DNA of 64,000 bases from Chloroflexota bacterium. Lineage in GTDB: Bacteria > Chloroflexota > Anaerolineae > UBA1429. Numbering within the stretch: position 1 is the first letter of the stretch; each line of letters opens with the position of its first letter. Below, in pieces: positions 1 through 9,365 of the stretch. Location of the stretch: the NCBI GenBank assembly GCA_034722245.1, contig JAYENT010000043.1:93-64092 (forward strand). Reading direction: 5' to 3'. Below the pieces are notes generated by a model, which made no database searches, had not been told where the DNA came from, and was given only the letters and a program-made list of their open reading frames with translations. Both the position numbers and the translations under genes were made by a program.

Positions 1-1
1 C

Positions 2-1024
2 CCTTTTGTGGGACTTACTGGGGTGACCACCAGCCGGGTGGCGCGCAAGAGGGGGCTTGCCAAGCGCCTCACGGCCCTTTCCTTGGCCCTTGACGCGGCC
101 GATGGCGCGGCGGTGGCGGGGCTGGGAATGTTCGACCAAGGGTTTTATAACTCCCTCGGTTTTGGTACGGGCAGCTATGAACATTTCTTTACCTTTGATC
201 CAGCTCATCTGCGCGTTGAGGTACCTCAGCGTGTGCCTTGCCGTCTCGCCAAGGAGGACTGGGCCGATGTCCACGCTGCGCGCCTTGGTCGCTTAAGGCG
301 ACACGGCGAGGTCAATCTGCGGCCCGCCGCCGCGACGCGCTCCGAGATGCTCTGGCAGAAGAAGGGGTTCGGTCTGGGCTATCGGGACGGGCCCGACGGA
401 GCCCTGTCACACTATATCTGGTGCGAAGATCGCGGCGGTGAAAACGGACCCTATGCAGTGCGTTGGTTCGTCTACCAGACGGACGAGCAATTCCGGGAGC
501 TGATGGGGCTGCTCAAGAGCCTTGGCGATCAGGTACATTGGATCGAGATGGCCGAGCCTCCCGGCATCCAGCTACAGGATCTGCTGGATCAGCCTTTCAA
601 GCAGCAGCGTATCACAAGACGATCCGCCCATCCTCTCGGAAGCAGATCGGCGGCTTGGTGGCAGATGCGCATCTGTGATGTGCCCACTTGCCTGAAGCGC
701 ACGCGGCTCAGTCAGGGTTCGTTGGCTTTTAATCTCTCTCTCTGGGATCCTATAGAAGAGTATCTTGACGAGGCGACTCCCTGGAAGAGCATCGGTGGCG
801 AGTACGTGGTCTCTTTGGGCTCTTCCTCCCAGGCAAGACGGGGAAGGGACGCTACTTTGCCCACCATGACGGCTACCGTCAATGCCTTTACGCGTCTCTG
901 GCTTGGGGTGCGTCCGGCGAGCAGCCTGGCCGTCACCGATGATCTGCAAGCTCCCCCCGGACTGTTGGGCGAACTGGATCGCGTTCTGTGTCTTCCGCAG
1001 CCGCACATGGGTTGGGATTTCTGA
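2..1024 (+). CDS. GNAT/Eis-like acetyltransferase, C-terminal portion with SCP2-like domain; 5' end lies outside the window
   Basis: The frame is open from the window edge. The overall sequence resembles Eis-type acetyltransferase central and C-terminal domains (GFGTGSYEHFFTFDP ... MRICDV ... VNAFTRLWLG). Recognised by eye only. Confidence 0.5.
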   Translation, partial: PFVGLTGVTTSRVARKRGLAKRLTALSLALDAADGAAVAGLGMFDQGFYNSLGFGTGSYEHFFTFDPAHLRVEVPQRVPCRLAKEDWADVHAARLGRLRRHGEVNLRPAAATRSEMLWQKKGFGLGYRDGPDGALSHYIWCEDRGGENGPYAVRWFVYQTDEQFRELMGLLKSLGDQVHWIEMAEPPGIQLQDLLDQPFKQQRITRRSAHPLGSRSAAWWQMRICDVPTCLKRTRLSQGSLAFNLSLWDPIEEYLDEATPWKSIGGEYVVSLGSSSQARRGRDATLPTMTATVNAFTRLWLGVRPASSLAVTDDLQAPPGLLGELDRVLCLPQPHMGWDF

Positions 1025-1053
1025 CGCTCATTATTCGAAAGTAACGAGCGTCA
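1022..1053. terminator. Hairpin between convergent genes (Eis-like / M20)
   Basis: 8-bp stem TGACGCTC / GAGCGTCA with a 16-nt loop. No clear U-tract. Confidence 0.3.
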
Positions 1054-1086
1054 GAGGCCGATGCCGTCGAAGAGAGGGGAGGGATG

Positions 1087-2463
1087 CTAGAGTTCCTGCT
1101 CTGCTAGGCGCTTCAGCATCAGGACGTAGGCCCTTTGCCCGCGGCGAAAGCTCTTTAGCCGGAAGAACTCGTTGGGCGAGTGCATGCGTTCGTCTGGCAG
1201 CCCGAAGGCAAAGCTTACCGAGTAGGCCTTAAGATGCTCCAGGAAGAGGGAGGTGATGGGCACGGTGCCGCCCGTCCGGATATAGTAAGGTTCGACGCCA
1301 TAAACTTCCTCCAGAACGTCAGCAGCGGCCTGGTTTCCTGGATGACCCGCGGGGACGGAATAAGGCTTGGCGCCTAGGCTCAGATTCACGGTCTCTATCG
1401 TGACGCCAGGGGGACGATGAGCTGCGATGTGCTGTTTGAGGCATTCACTTATCCTGTCCGGATCCTGATCGGGTACCAGGCGGCACGTTATCTTGGCGTG
1501 GGCCTCGCTAGGCAGCACGGTCTTGGTTCCCTCTCCTTGGAATCCGCCATAGATTCCGTTGATCTCCAGCGTGGGGCGTGTCCACGTTCTTTCTCGCGTG
1601 CTGTATCCCGGCTCGCCAAAGAGCTCCGCCACGCCGATCTCCTCTTTGTATTCCTCCTCGTCATAGGGTACGGCGGCGATCCTCTTTCGCTCCTCTTCCG
1701 TTAGGGGTCTCACGTTGTCGTAGAACCCATCGACGAGGATTCTACCATCCGGGGCCCGCATGGAACTGAGCAGTTGCACCAGAGCATGGATGGGGTTCTG
1801 GACTGCCCCGCCATAGGTGCCAGAGTGGAGATCGTGGTCCGGCCCCCGCACGTCTATCTGTAGGTCGCAGATGCCGCGAAGGCCGACGTGCAAGCCCGGA
1901 TGGTTCTCGCTGAACTGCCCGGCGTCCGCGTTGAGGACGAGGTCGCAGGCCAAGAGGTCTTTGTGGTTCGCAAGAAACTCGGGCAATTGGGGGCTGCCAA
2001 TCTCCTCCTGGCCCTCGAAGAAGAACTTGATATTCACTGGAAGCTTTCCTTCCGTCTCCAAAAGGGCCTCCGCGGCGAGGATGGGGATCAGCATGTTTCC
2101 CTTGTCGTCGGTGGCGCCACGGGCATAGATGCGGTCGTTCTTGATGGCCGGCTCAAAGGGCGGTTGATCCCAGAGCTCCAGAGGATCAACCGGTTGTGTG
2201 TCAAAGTGTCCGTAGATCAGAATAGTAGGTTCCTGCGGGGCGTGTAGCCATTCGCCATATACCACAGGATGGCCTCCTGTAGGCATCATTTCGACCTGTT
2301 CCATACCTGCCTCGCGCAGACGCGCCGCCACCCACTCGCCGGCCTGTTTGACGTCTGGCGCGTTTGCGGGTAGCGCGGATATGCTGGGAATACGTAGAAA
2401 CTCCTTCAGTTCCTCCAGGAATCGCGATTCGTTGTCCTGCAAAAAGTTACTCCACGCGGCCAT
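1087..2463 (-). CDS. M20 family metallopeptidase (dipeptidase-like)
   Basis: 458-aa ORF with M20 signatures: IYGHFDTQPV, ARGATDDKGN, EGQEEIGS. Confidence 0.85.
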   Translation of the reverse strand: MAAWSNFLQDNESRFLEELKEFLRIPSISALPANAPDVKQAGEWVAARLREAGMEQVEMMPTGGHPVVYGEWLHAPQEPTILIYGHFDTQPVDPLELWDQPPFEPAIKNDRIYARGATDDKGNMLIPILAAEALLETEGKLPVNIKFFFEGQEEIGSPQLPEFLANHKDLLACDLVLNADAGQFSENHPGLHVGLRGICDLQIDVRGPDHDLHSGTYGGAVQNPIHALVQLLSSMRAPDGRILVDGFYDNVRPLTEEERKRIAAVPYDEEEYKEEIGVAELFGEPGYSTRERTWTRPTLEINGIYGGFQGEGTKTVLPSEAHAKITCRLVPDQDPDRISECLKQHIAAHRPPGVTIETVNLSLGAKPYSVPAGHPGNQAAADVLEEVYGVEPYYIRTGGTVPITSLFLEHLKAYSVSFAFGLPDERMHSPNEFFRLKSFRRGQRAYVLMLKRLAEQEL

Positions 2464-2582
2464 CTTGCTGCTCCTCTGAATTATGCTATGTATGCAGTGT
2501 TAATCCTATGCTATTCATTGTAGTGACACCGTGGATAGATAGCAAGATGGTCACTGTCATCCCATGTGTGGTTTTCCCCGCT

Positions 2583-2610
2583 TTGCAGAAGGCGAGCAAT
2601 GGACTAGAAT
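2583..2610 (+). promoter_or_regulatory. Sigma-70-like promoter for uxuA
   Basis: TTGCAG, 16-nt spacer, TAGAAT. Lies about 65 nt upstream of the start. Confidence 0.4.
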
Positions 2611-2677
2611 CGCTGCAGGCTATTGCCGGCTTGCGGGTTGGTATGTTTCTAGGTGATATCAGATGGAGGAAAAGGTG

Positions 2678-3742
2678 ATGAGCGAGACAGTGAAGCAAGG
2701 CGAGTACCCCCTTTCGGTTGTCCCAGGCTACTATGCCAGCGAACCAGGAATCCAGATCGGCACCCAGCTCCCCGCGACGGCCAGCGAGGAAGATATGCAA
2801 CTCGCCAGGCAGCTGGGGGTGGAATGGGTCATGACTGCCGTGACCGATCCGGAGGGGCACACGGCAGAGAACTATGCTGCAGTGCGTAAGCGGTTTGAGG
2901 ATCACGGACTAAAGGTCTATCGCTTGGCCAACCATAACTGCCATAACATGGAAGAAGTAACGCTGAACCTTCCAGGCCGCGATGAAAAGATCGAGGAGTA
3001 TCTGCAGTACATCCGCAACCTGGGTGAGGCAGGCATCTACTATTCCACGTATGCCCACATGGGTAATGGTATTTGGAGCACGGGCCGCGAGCGGATTCGC
3101 GGCGGTGCTGAATCTAGGGCCTTTCACCTCGCTGAGGCCAAGGAGGGCCGATGGATAGACAAGACGTGGGAGGCCCCTCTTACTCACGGGCGCGAGTACA
3201 GCGAAGAGGAGATTTGGGACAACTATCGCTATTTCATCGAGAAGGTTGTTCCCGTGGCCGAGGACGCGGGCGTCTTTATTGGCGTCCATCCTGATGATCC
3301 GCCGGTGCCCATGTTGGGCGGCGTGCCTCGCTGTATCTTTGGCAGCTTTGAGGGCTACAAACGGGCCTTGGAGATGGCCGATAGCCCGAACATCGGCATC
3401 TGTCTCTGTGTCGGTTGTTGGCTGGAGGGCGGGGAATATATGGGGCGAGACGTTCTGGAGACGATCCGCTACTTTGGCGAGCAGGGGAAACTGTTCAAGG
3501 TGCATTTCAGAAACGTGACCGCCCCCATACCGGAGGGAGGCTTCACGGAGACCTTTATGGACGCGGGCTATATGAATATGTACCCCGTGATGCGCGCCTT
3601 GCAGGAGGTAGGCTTTGATGGCGCAGTGATATCGGATCATATGCCTCAGATGGTGGGCGGACGGCGTTTGGGCGAGGCTTACTCGGTAGGGTACATGAAG
3701 GCTTTGATCCAGGCGGCGAGTGACGAGGTCGGGGGCGCCTAA
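2678..3742 (+). CDS. uxuA: Mannonate dehydratase (UxuA family)
   Basis: Motifs HPDDPP and KLFKVHFRNV plus TIM-barrel UxuA-like length. The ATG at 2678 lies 7 nt after GGAGGA, so I prefer it to the track start at 2663. Confidence 0.7.
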   Translation: MSETVKQGEYPLSVVPGYYASEPGIQIGTQLPATASEEDMQLARQLGVEWVMTAVTDPEGHTAENYAAVRKRFEDHGLKVYRLANHNCHNMEEVTLNLPGRDEKIEEYLQYIRNLGEAGIYYSTYAHMGNGIWSTGRERIRGGAESRAFHLAEAKEGRWIDKTWEAPLTHGREYSEEEIWDNYRYFIEKVVPVAEDAGVFIGVHPDDPPVPMLGGVPRCIFGSFEGYKRALEMADSPNIGICLCVGCWLEGGEYMGRDVLETIRYFGEQGKLFKVHFRNVTAPIPEGGFTETFMDAGYMNMYPVMRALQEVGFDGAVISDHMPQMVGGRRLGEAYSVGYMKALIQAASDEVGGA

Positions 3743-3943
3743 TACCTCTGAGGCTGGCCTTACTCTGTATGGTTCGTCTAAACAGGGATCGTGTGAATTT
3801 GGGCTTTTGGGGTAGCATGGCACGTTCGCCTCATAGTGAGGGTTTGCTGTTTAGCAGGCGATCTATCCCGAGGCTCAGATGAGCGGGATCGGCTGACCAC
3901 CCGGTTTCCCCCTGCGATCTAGCGGGCTGACCTTGATGCTGTG

Positions 3944-3956
3944 ACGAAAGTCGTAA
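3944..3956. promoter_or_regulatory. Operator-like site 1 (ACGAAAGTCGTAA)
   Basis: Inverted arms ACGA/TCGT. Ends 16 nt (17th position) upstream of the -35 box. Near-identical to the site at 4007. Confidence 0.35.
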
Positions 3957-3972
3957 AAAAGTAACACGGATA

Positions 3973-4001
3973 TTGAGAATTACGTACTTATATGCTATGA
4001 T
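3973..4001 (+). promoter_or_regulatory. Sigma-70-like promoter for the CoADR-like gene
   Basis: TTGAGA, 17-nt spacer, TATGAT, in the only AT-rich patch of this intergenic region. Confidence 0.5.
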
Positions 4002-4006
4002 ATAGT

Positions 4007-4019
4007 ACGAAATTCGTAA
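4007..4019. promoter_or_regulatory. Operator-like site 2 (ACGAAATTCGTAA, within palindrome TACGAAATTCGTA)
   Basis: Perfect 6-1-6 palindrome immediately downstream of the -10 box. Centre-to-centre distance to site 1 is 63 bp. Confidence 0.4.
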
Positions 4020-4123
4020 CAGATGGGAGCGGAGCGCGTTGGTTGCGGCGGTTTCAGTAGGTATACAATGGCGCAGTCGCTTTCTGTCGGTGGAGTTAGC
4101 ATTGTGTAGAAGGAAGGCAAAAG

Positions 4124-5464
4124 GTGAGGAACTATGACGTAGTTGTGGTTGGGGGAAGCGCGGCGGGTATACCGGCTGCCATAACCAGCCGCAGGCACTA
4201 TCCGGATAAGAGCGTGCTTGTGATCCGGGAACAGGAGAAGGCGGTCATACCCTGTGGTATCCCTTACATATTCAGCGAGCTAGGGTCCTGTGATGAAGAC
4301 TTGATCCCCGACACGGTGCTCTCGTCCAACGAGATCGATCTTCTGATCGGCAAAGTTGTCGACGTTGATCCGCAGGAAAAGGTTGTTGAGGTGGCCGATG
4401 GGGAACGTATAGGTTACTCGAAGCTCGTGCTGGCGACGGGATCACTGCCCGTTGTGCCACCTATTCCCGGCGTCGATATGGAGGGTGTCTTTGCTATCGA
4501 GAAGTCGGCGCCATATCTGGAACAGATGGCAAAAGCCGTGGATGAGGCCAAGCACATTCTCATCGTGGGATGTGGATTCATAGGCGTGGAGATTGCCGAG
4601 GAATGCAAGAGGCGCCGGGATGTCGACATTCATATCGTAGAGATGCTCCGCCACTGCCTGCAGCTCACCTATGACGAAGAGTTCTCCATAAGGGTGGAAG
4701 AGGTGCTTGGTGAGCAGGGGATCATCATCTTGGGATCGGAGAAAGTGGAAGCTTTTGTGGGCAACGAGCGTGTGGAGGGGGTGCGGCTTTCCAGCGGGCA
4801 AGAGATCGCCACGGATATGGCTATTTTGGGTATTGGCTCCAGGGCGAATGTCGCGTTGGCCGAGAAGGCCGGTTTGGAGATCGGTCCCACGGGTGGGATT
4901 CAGGTGAATCGCTACATGCAGACCACCAATCCGGATATATACGCCTGCGGTGACTGTGCTGAGAAAGTGTCCTTCTACGACGGCATGCCCAGTAACCTGA
5001 AGCTGGCTTCCATCGCCAGTATGGAGGCCCGCGTTGCGGGAGCGAACCTCTTTAGGCTGCGGCGGGCGAACGAGGGCGTTATCGGCGTCTATTCTACTGT
5101 TTTGGGCGATACGGCCTTCGCTGCTGCTGGGCTGACAGAGGCCGGCGCTAGGGAGAAGGGCTATGAGGTGATCGTGGGAGCAGCCGAGGCGCCGAATCGT
5201 CATCCGAGTTCTATGCCAGGGATGGCCATGCTCAGGGTCAAGTTGGTCTTTGAGGCGGGCACGCGCGTCTTGTTGGGCGGCCAGGTTAGCGGCGCCAAGA
5301 GCGGCGGTGAGCTCATCAATGCCATCAGCGCCTGCATCCACAATCGTATGACAGCGGATGATATCGCCACCTTCCAGACGGGGACGCATCCCGGACTGAC
5401 GGCTTCCCCCATCTCCTACCAGCTCGTGAACGCCGCGGAGGTAGCCCTCGCTGCCTCAAGTTGA
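4124..5464 (+). CDS. FAD-dependent pyridine nucleotide-disulfide oxidoreductase (CoA-disulfide reductase / NADH oxidase type)
   Basis: VVVVGGSAAG FAD site, a single redox Cys in VIPCGIPY, a second Rossmann motif ILIVGCGFIGVE, and ACGDCA. Confidence 0.8.
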   Translation: MRNYDVVVVGGSAAGIPAAITSRRHYPDKSVLVIREQEKAVIPCGIPYIFSELGSCDEDLIPDTVLSSNEIDLLIGKVVDVDPQEKVVEVADGERIGYSKLVLATGSLPVVPPIPGVDMEGVFAIEKSAPYLEQMAKAVDEAKHILIVGCGFIGVEIAEECKRRRDVDIHIVEMLRHCLQLTYDEEFSIRVEEVLGEQGIIILGSEKVEAFVGNERVEGVRLSSGQEIATDMAILGIGSRANVALAEKAGLEIGPTGGIQVNRYMQTTNPDIYACGDCAEKVSFYDGMPSNLKLASIASMEARVAGANLFRLRRANEGVIGVYSTVLGDTAFAAAGLTEAGAREKGYEVIVGAAEAPNRHPSSMPGMAMLRVKLVFEAGTRVLLGGQVSGAKSGGELINAISACIHNRMTADDIATFQTGTHPGLTASPISYQLVNAAEVALAASS

Positions 5465-5493
5465 GGTGCGGCTCGTTCAATGCTGAACCTTTA

Positions 5494-5532
5494 CCCCTCT
5501 CCCGCATACGTGTAGGGAGAGGGGTTTTCGTT
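5494..5532 (+). terminator. Intrinsic terminator after the CoADR-like gene
   Basis: 10-bp stem CCCCTCTCCC / GGGAGAGGGG with an 11-nt loop, followed by TTTTCGTT. Confidence 0.75.
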
Positions 5533-5559
5533 GACAGGGTAAGAGCCCCCGACTATACT
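5531..5559 (+). promoter_or_regulatory. Sigma-70-like promoter for the HAD / LarA-like / gnd operon
   Basis: TTGACA, 17-nt spacer, TATACT. Directly abuts the upstream terminator. Confidence 0.55.
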
Positions 5560-5666
5560 AGGTGGCAAGTGAGGTGGTCATATGGGAGAGGATTCGGCTC
5601 CCGTGTGGTCCCTGTAGATGTGCATCCATATCTTGGGTTTGGCGCAGTGGTAGGAGGAAATTGCTC

Positions 5667-6566
5667 GTGGATGAGTATGCGGAGATCGTTCGTCCCCTCG
5701 TAGAGCTGGAGCCCCAGTTCGAGTTCTTTGTGGGAATCGACTCGGACGGTTGTGTTTTCGATACCATGGAGATCAAGCACAAAGAGTGTTTCATTCCCAA
5801 TATCATCAAGCATTGGGGCTTGCAGCCCATCTCCAAGTACGCACGGGAGGCGGCGGAATTTGTCAACCTCTACTCCAAATGGCGAGGGATAAACAGGTGG
5901 CCCGCGCTACTGAAGGTCTTTGAGCTGTTACGGGAGCGTCCAGAGGTGCAAAGGCGGCAGGCCACGATTCCTGACACGCCTCAAATTGAGGCGTTTGTCG
6001 CCTCGGATAGGCCTAAGAGCAACGATTCCCTGACTGAGTTGGTGGCAGAGACGCAGGATCCAGAGCTGATCAAGGCCCTGCGTTGGAGTGAGGCCGTCAA
6101 TGCCACCATCGCCGATATGGTGCATGGCGTGGCTCCGTTTCCCTATGCACGGGAGAGCATCGAGTTGATCTCGCGCTCTGCTGATGCCATCGTGGTCTCA
6201 CAGACGCCTGTAGAAGCCCTGGTCCGTGAGTGGAAGGAGCACGACATAAACGAGTATGTAGAGGTGATCGCGGGCCAGGAAATGGGCACCAAGGCTGAGC
6301 ATCTTCGCTTGGCGTCCGAGGGCAAGTACACGCCCGAACACAAGCTGATGATCGGCGATGCCCCTGGCGATCTGGCGGCCGCTCGGGCCAACGAGGCTTT
6401 CTTCTTCCCTGTGAATCCGGGGCACGAAGAGGAGAGTTGGCAACGTTTCTACGAGGAAGCCTTTGCGCAGTTTATTGCTGGAACCTATGGAGGGCAGTAC
6501 GAGGCCGCGCTGATCTCGGACTTTGAAAAGGCCTTACCTGAGACGCCCCCCTGGAAGAGGAGATAG
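5667..6566 (+). CDS. HAD superfamily hydrolase (phosphatase-like)
   Basis: DxD motif in FVGIDSDGCVFDT and a late GDAPGD motif. The GTG at 5667 lies 9 nt after AGGAGG. The track start at 5562 sits upstream of the predicted transcription start. Confidence 0.6.
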   Translation: MDEYAEIVRPLVELEPQFEFFVGIDSDGCVFDTMEIKHKECFIPNIIKHWGLQPISKYAREAAEFVNLYSKWRGINRWPALLKVFELLRERPEVQRRQATIPDTPQIEAFVASDRPKSNDSLTELVAETQDPELIKALRWSEAVNATIADMVHGVAPFPYARESIELISRSADAIVVSQTPVEALVREWKEHDINEYVEVIAGQEMGTKAEHLRLASEGKYTPEHKLMIGDAPGDLAAARANEAFFFPVNPGHEEESWQRFYEEAFAQFIAGTYGGQYEAALISDFEKALPETPPWKRR

Positions 6567-7814
6567 ATGGTTATTGGTAAAGGATATACGGATCGCTTTT
6601 TGACGGAACAAGAGGTCGAGGAAGTCTTCGAGAAGGGACTGGGCGAGATCGACGTTGACGGCAAGCGGGTTGTGGTGATCATGCCCGATGGCACACGCAG
6701 CGCGCCAGTGCCTCTTTGCTTTCGTCTATTCGTCGAACTGCTCGGGGGTAGAGTCGATACTCTAGATTTTTTGATCGCGCTGGGCACTCACCCCTCAATG
6801 GACGAGGAAGCCATATGCGAGCACTTTGGTATCACGCCTGAGGAGCGTCGGGAAGAATATGCGGAAGTTGGCATCTATAATCACGATTGGCAGGAGGGGC
6901 TGGAAGAGATTGGCGTCATTCCCGCAGCCAAAAGCCGGGCTCTGAGCGATGGTCTGCTGGAGCAGGACATAGTCGTGGAGATCAATGGTCGCCTCCTAGA
7001 CTATGATCACATCATTATCTGTGGCCCCGTCTTCCCCCACGAGATTGCCGGTTTCTCGGGCGGCAACAAGTACTTTTTTCCGGGTGTCAGCGGCCCCGAC
7101 ATCATCGATTTTACGCATTGGTTAGGTGCCTTGATTGGGAACGTCAATACCATCGGCCATCAGAATACGCCAGTACGTCGGGCGCTGGACGAAGCGGCGC
7201 GTTTTATCCACGTTCCCGCATCTTGTTTTAGTATGGTGGTCAAGGGAGACGAGGATTTGGCGGGACTGTATTTCGGTACGCCCGAGGCATCACAGGCCGA
7301 GGCGGCCAAGCTTTCGGCGAGGGTGAACGTGACCTATGTGGACCACACCTACGATACCGTGCTGGCCGTTATGCCCGATCTTTATGACGATATATGGACC
7401 GCTGGCAAGGGCATGTACAAAACGGAACCCATCGTGGCCGATGGAGGGAAAGTGATCATCTATGCTCCTCATATCGATGAGATCTCCTACACCCACGGGG
7501 CGATCCTTGATCGCATTGGCTATCATGTGCGTGACTATTTCTTGGCGCGCATGGACGAGTTCGCCGACGTCCCACGGATGGTCATGGCTCACGCGACGCA
7601 TGTAAAGGGCGCGGGGACGTACGAGGAGGGCGAGGAAAGACCGCGTGTCCACGTGGCCCTGGCTACGGGGGTGCCCAGGGAACGGTGTGAGCGCGTCGAT
7701 TTGGGCTATGTGGATCCGGAGACTATCGAACCGCGCGAATGGATGGGACGAGAAGAAGAGGGCATACTCGTGGTGCCTCGTGCGGGGGAAGTTCTGTACC
7801 GATTGAAGACATAG
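6567..7814 (+). CDS. LarA-like (DUF2088) nickel-pincer-dependent 2-hydroxyacid racemase/epimerase family protein
   Basis: VVVIMPDGTRSAP and PHEIAGFSGGNKYFFPG (the His ... GG-x-K region typical of LarA). Its start abuts the HAD stop codon. Confidence 0.7.
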   Translation: MVIGKGYTDRFLTEQEVEEVFEKGLGEIDVDGKRVVVIMPDGTRSAPVPLCFRLFVELLGGRVDTLDFLIALGTHPSMDEEAICEHFGITPEERREEYAEVGIYNHDWQEGLEEIGVIPAAKSRALSDGLLEQDIVVEINGRLLDYDHIIICGPVFPHEIAGFSGGNKYFFPGVSGPDIIDFTHWLGALIGNVNTIGHQNTPVRRALDEAARFIHVPASCFSMVVKGDEDLAGLYFGTPEASQAEAAKLSARVNVTYVDHTYDTVLAVMPDLYDDIWTAGKGMYKTEPIVADGGKVIIYAPHIDEISYTHGAILDRIGYHVRDYFLARMDEFADVPRMVMAHATHVKGAGTYEEGEERPRVHVALATGVPRERCERVDLGYVDPETIEPREWMGREEEGILVVPRAGEVLYRLKT

Positions 7815-7824
7815 GGGGGAGGAC

Positions 7825-9231
7825 ATGGCTAGCGATTTAGGACTGATCGGCTTGGCGGTGATGGGACAAAACCTGGTGCTGAACATGGAGCGCAACGGCT
7901 TCTCTGTTGCCGTGTACAATCGCACGCGGGCGCGAACCGAGGAGTTCGTTGCCGGCCCTGCGGAGGGAAAGAATATCACGCCCTGTTATTCCCTGGAGGA
8001 ACTCGTGGATGCCCTGGCGGCGCCACGAAAGGTGATGCTCATGGTCAAGGCGGGGTCTCCTGTGGATCAGGTCATCGCGCAGGTCAAGCCCCTGCTGTCG
8101 TCGGGGGATCTCATCATTGATGGGGGCAACTCTTTCTACAAAGATACGGAGCGGCGTGCTGCGGAGCTAGCCGAGGACGACATCAAGTACATCGGCACCG
8201 GGGTCTCGGGTGGAGAATATGGCGCCCTCTGGGGGCCTGCCATCATGCCCGGCGGCCAGCCAGAAGCCTATGCTATGGTGAAGCCCATCTTTGAGGCCAT
8301 CGCGGCCAAGGTAGATGGCGAGCCATGCGTCGCGTACATTGGTCCCCGTGGGGCAGGCCACTATGTGAAAATGGTGCACAACGGCATCGAGTACGGGGAT
8401 ATGCAGTTGATCGCCGAGTCCTATGATCTGATGCATCGGGCGCTGTCGCTTTCTGCTGAGGAACTGCACGATGTTTTTGACGATTGGAACGAAGGCGAGC
8501 TGCAGTCCTATCTCATTGAAATCACGAGGGACATCTTTGCTCAGAGGGACCAGGAAACGGGGGAGCCGTTGATCGATCTTATCCTGGATGAGGCTAAGCA
8601 GAAAGGAACGGGGAAGTGGATGTCTCAGGATGCGATGGACGTAGGGTCGCCCACGCCCACCATCAACGCGGCGGTGGAGTCACGCCTGATCTCAGCGCTA
8701 AAGGAGGAACGCGTGAGGGCCAGCGAGGTTCTCGAAGGGCCGGTCGCAGACTTTCGGGGAGACCGTGCACAGCTCGTCGAGGACACGCGGCGGGCGCTCT
8801 ATGCAGCCAAGATCTGCTCCTATGCCCAGGGGATGTCCTTGCTTCAGGCGGTGTCTGAGGAAAAAGCGTATGATCTCAGGCTGGGTGACATAGCCAGGGT
8901 ATGGCGTGGTGGCTGTATCATCCGCGCTCGCTTTTTGAATGACATTGCCGATGCCTATGAACGTAATCCAGCCCTAACGAATCTCATGCTCGATCCTTAT
9001 TTCACCGATGCCGTGGAGTCTGGGCAGGCGTCGCTGCGTCGAGTGATTCGTACGGCGGTCGATCTTGGCATCCCCTGTCCTGCATTCAGTTCGGCCTTAG
9101 CCTACTTTGATGCCTATCGCACCGCGAGGCTGCCGGCCAACTTGACCCAGGCGCAGCGTGACTACTTTGGGGCCCACACGTACCGTCGTCTTGACAGGGA
9201 GGGTTCCTTTCATACAGAATGGGGCGAATAG
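7825..9231 (+). CDS. gnd: 6-phosphogluconate dehydrogenase, decarboxylating
   Basis: IGLAVMGQNLVLNMERNGF, GGNSFY and HNGIEYGDMQLI, with typical length (468 aa). Confidence 0.95.
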   Translation: MASDLGLIGLAVMGQNLVLNMERNGFSVAVYNRTRARTEEFVAGPAEGKNITPCYSLEELVDALAAPRKVMLMVKAGSPVDQVIAQVKPLLSSGDLIIDGGNSFYKDTERRAAELAEDDIKYIGTGVSGGEYGALWGPAIMPGGQPEAYAMVKPIFEAIAAKVDGEPCVAYIGPRGAGHYVKMVHNGIEYGDMQLIAESYDLMHRALSLSAEELHDVFDDWNEGELQSYLIEITRDIFAQRDQETGEPLIDLILDEAKQKGTGKWMSQDAMDVGSPTPTINAAVESRLISALKEERVRASEVLEGPVADFRGDRAQLVEDTRRALYAAKICSYAQGMSLLQAVSEEKAYDLRLGDIARVWRGGCIIRARFLNDIADAYERNPALTNLMLDPYFTDAVESGQASLRRVIRTAVDLGIPCPAFSSALAYFDAYRTARLPANLTQAQRDYFGAHTYRRLDREGSFHTEWGE

Positions 9232-9365
9232 CGCAGACGATGGTATGAAAGAATAAAGGGTGGGTCGTCATATTCCTCTCCAATAGTGTTCAAGGGAGTT
9301 CGGGGTTGTGATCCTCTTGTCGCAGACAAATATCGCCCCCTTTGGGGGCGGTCGGTGAACTGACC

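Noticed and set aside
9334-9350. GC-rich hairpin CGCCCCC-TTT-GGGGGCG as the gnd terminator
   Set aside because: It has no downstream U-tract. It sits about 100 nt after the gnd stop and only about 15 nt before the pilN-like ATG. Its function is unclear, so I did not call it a terminator.
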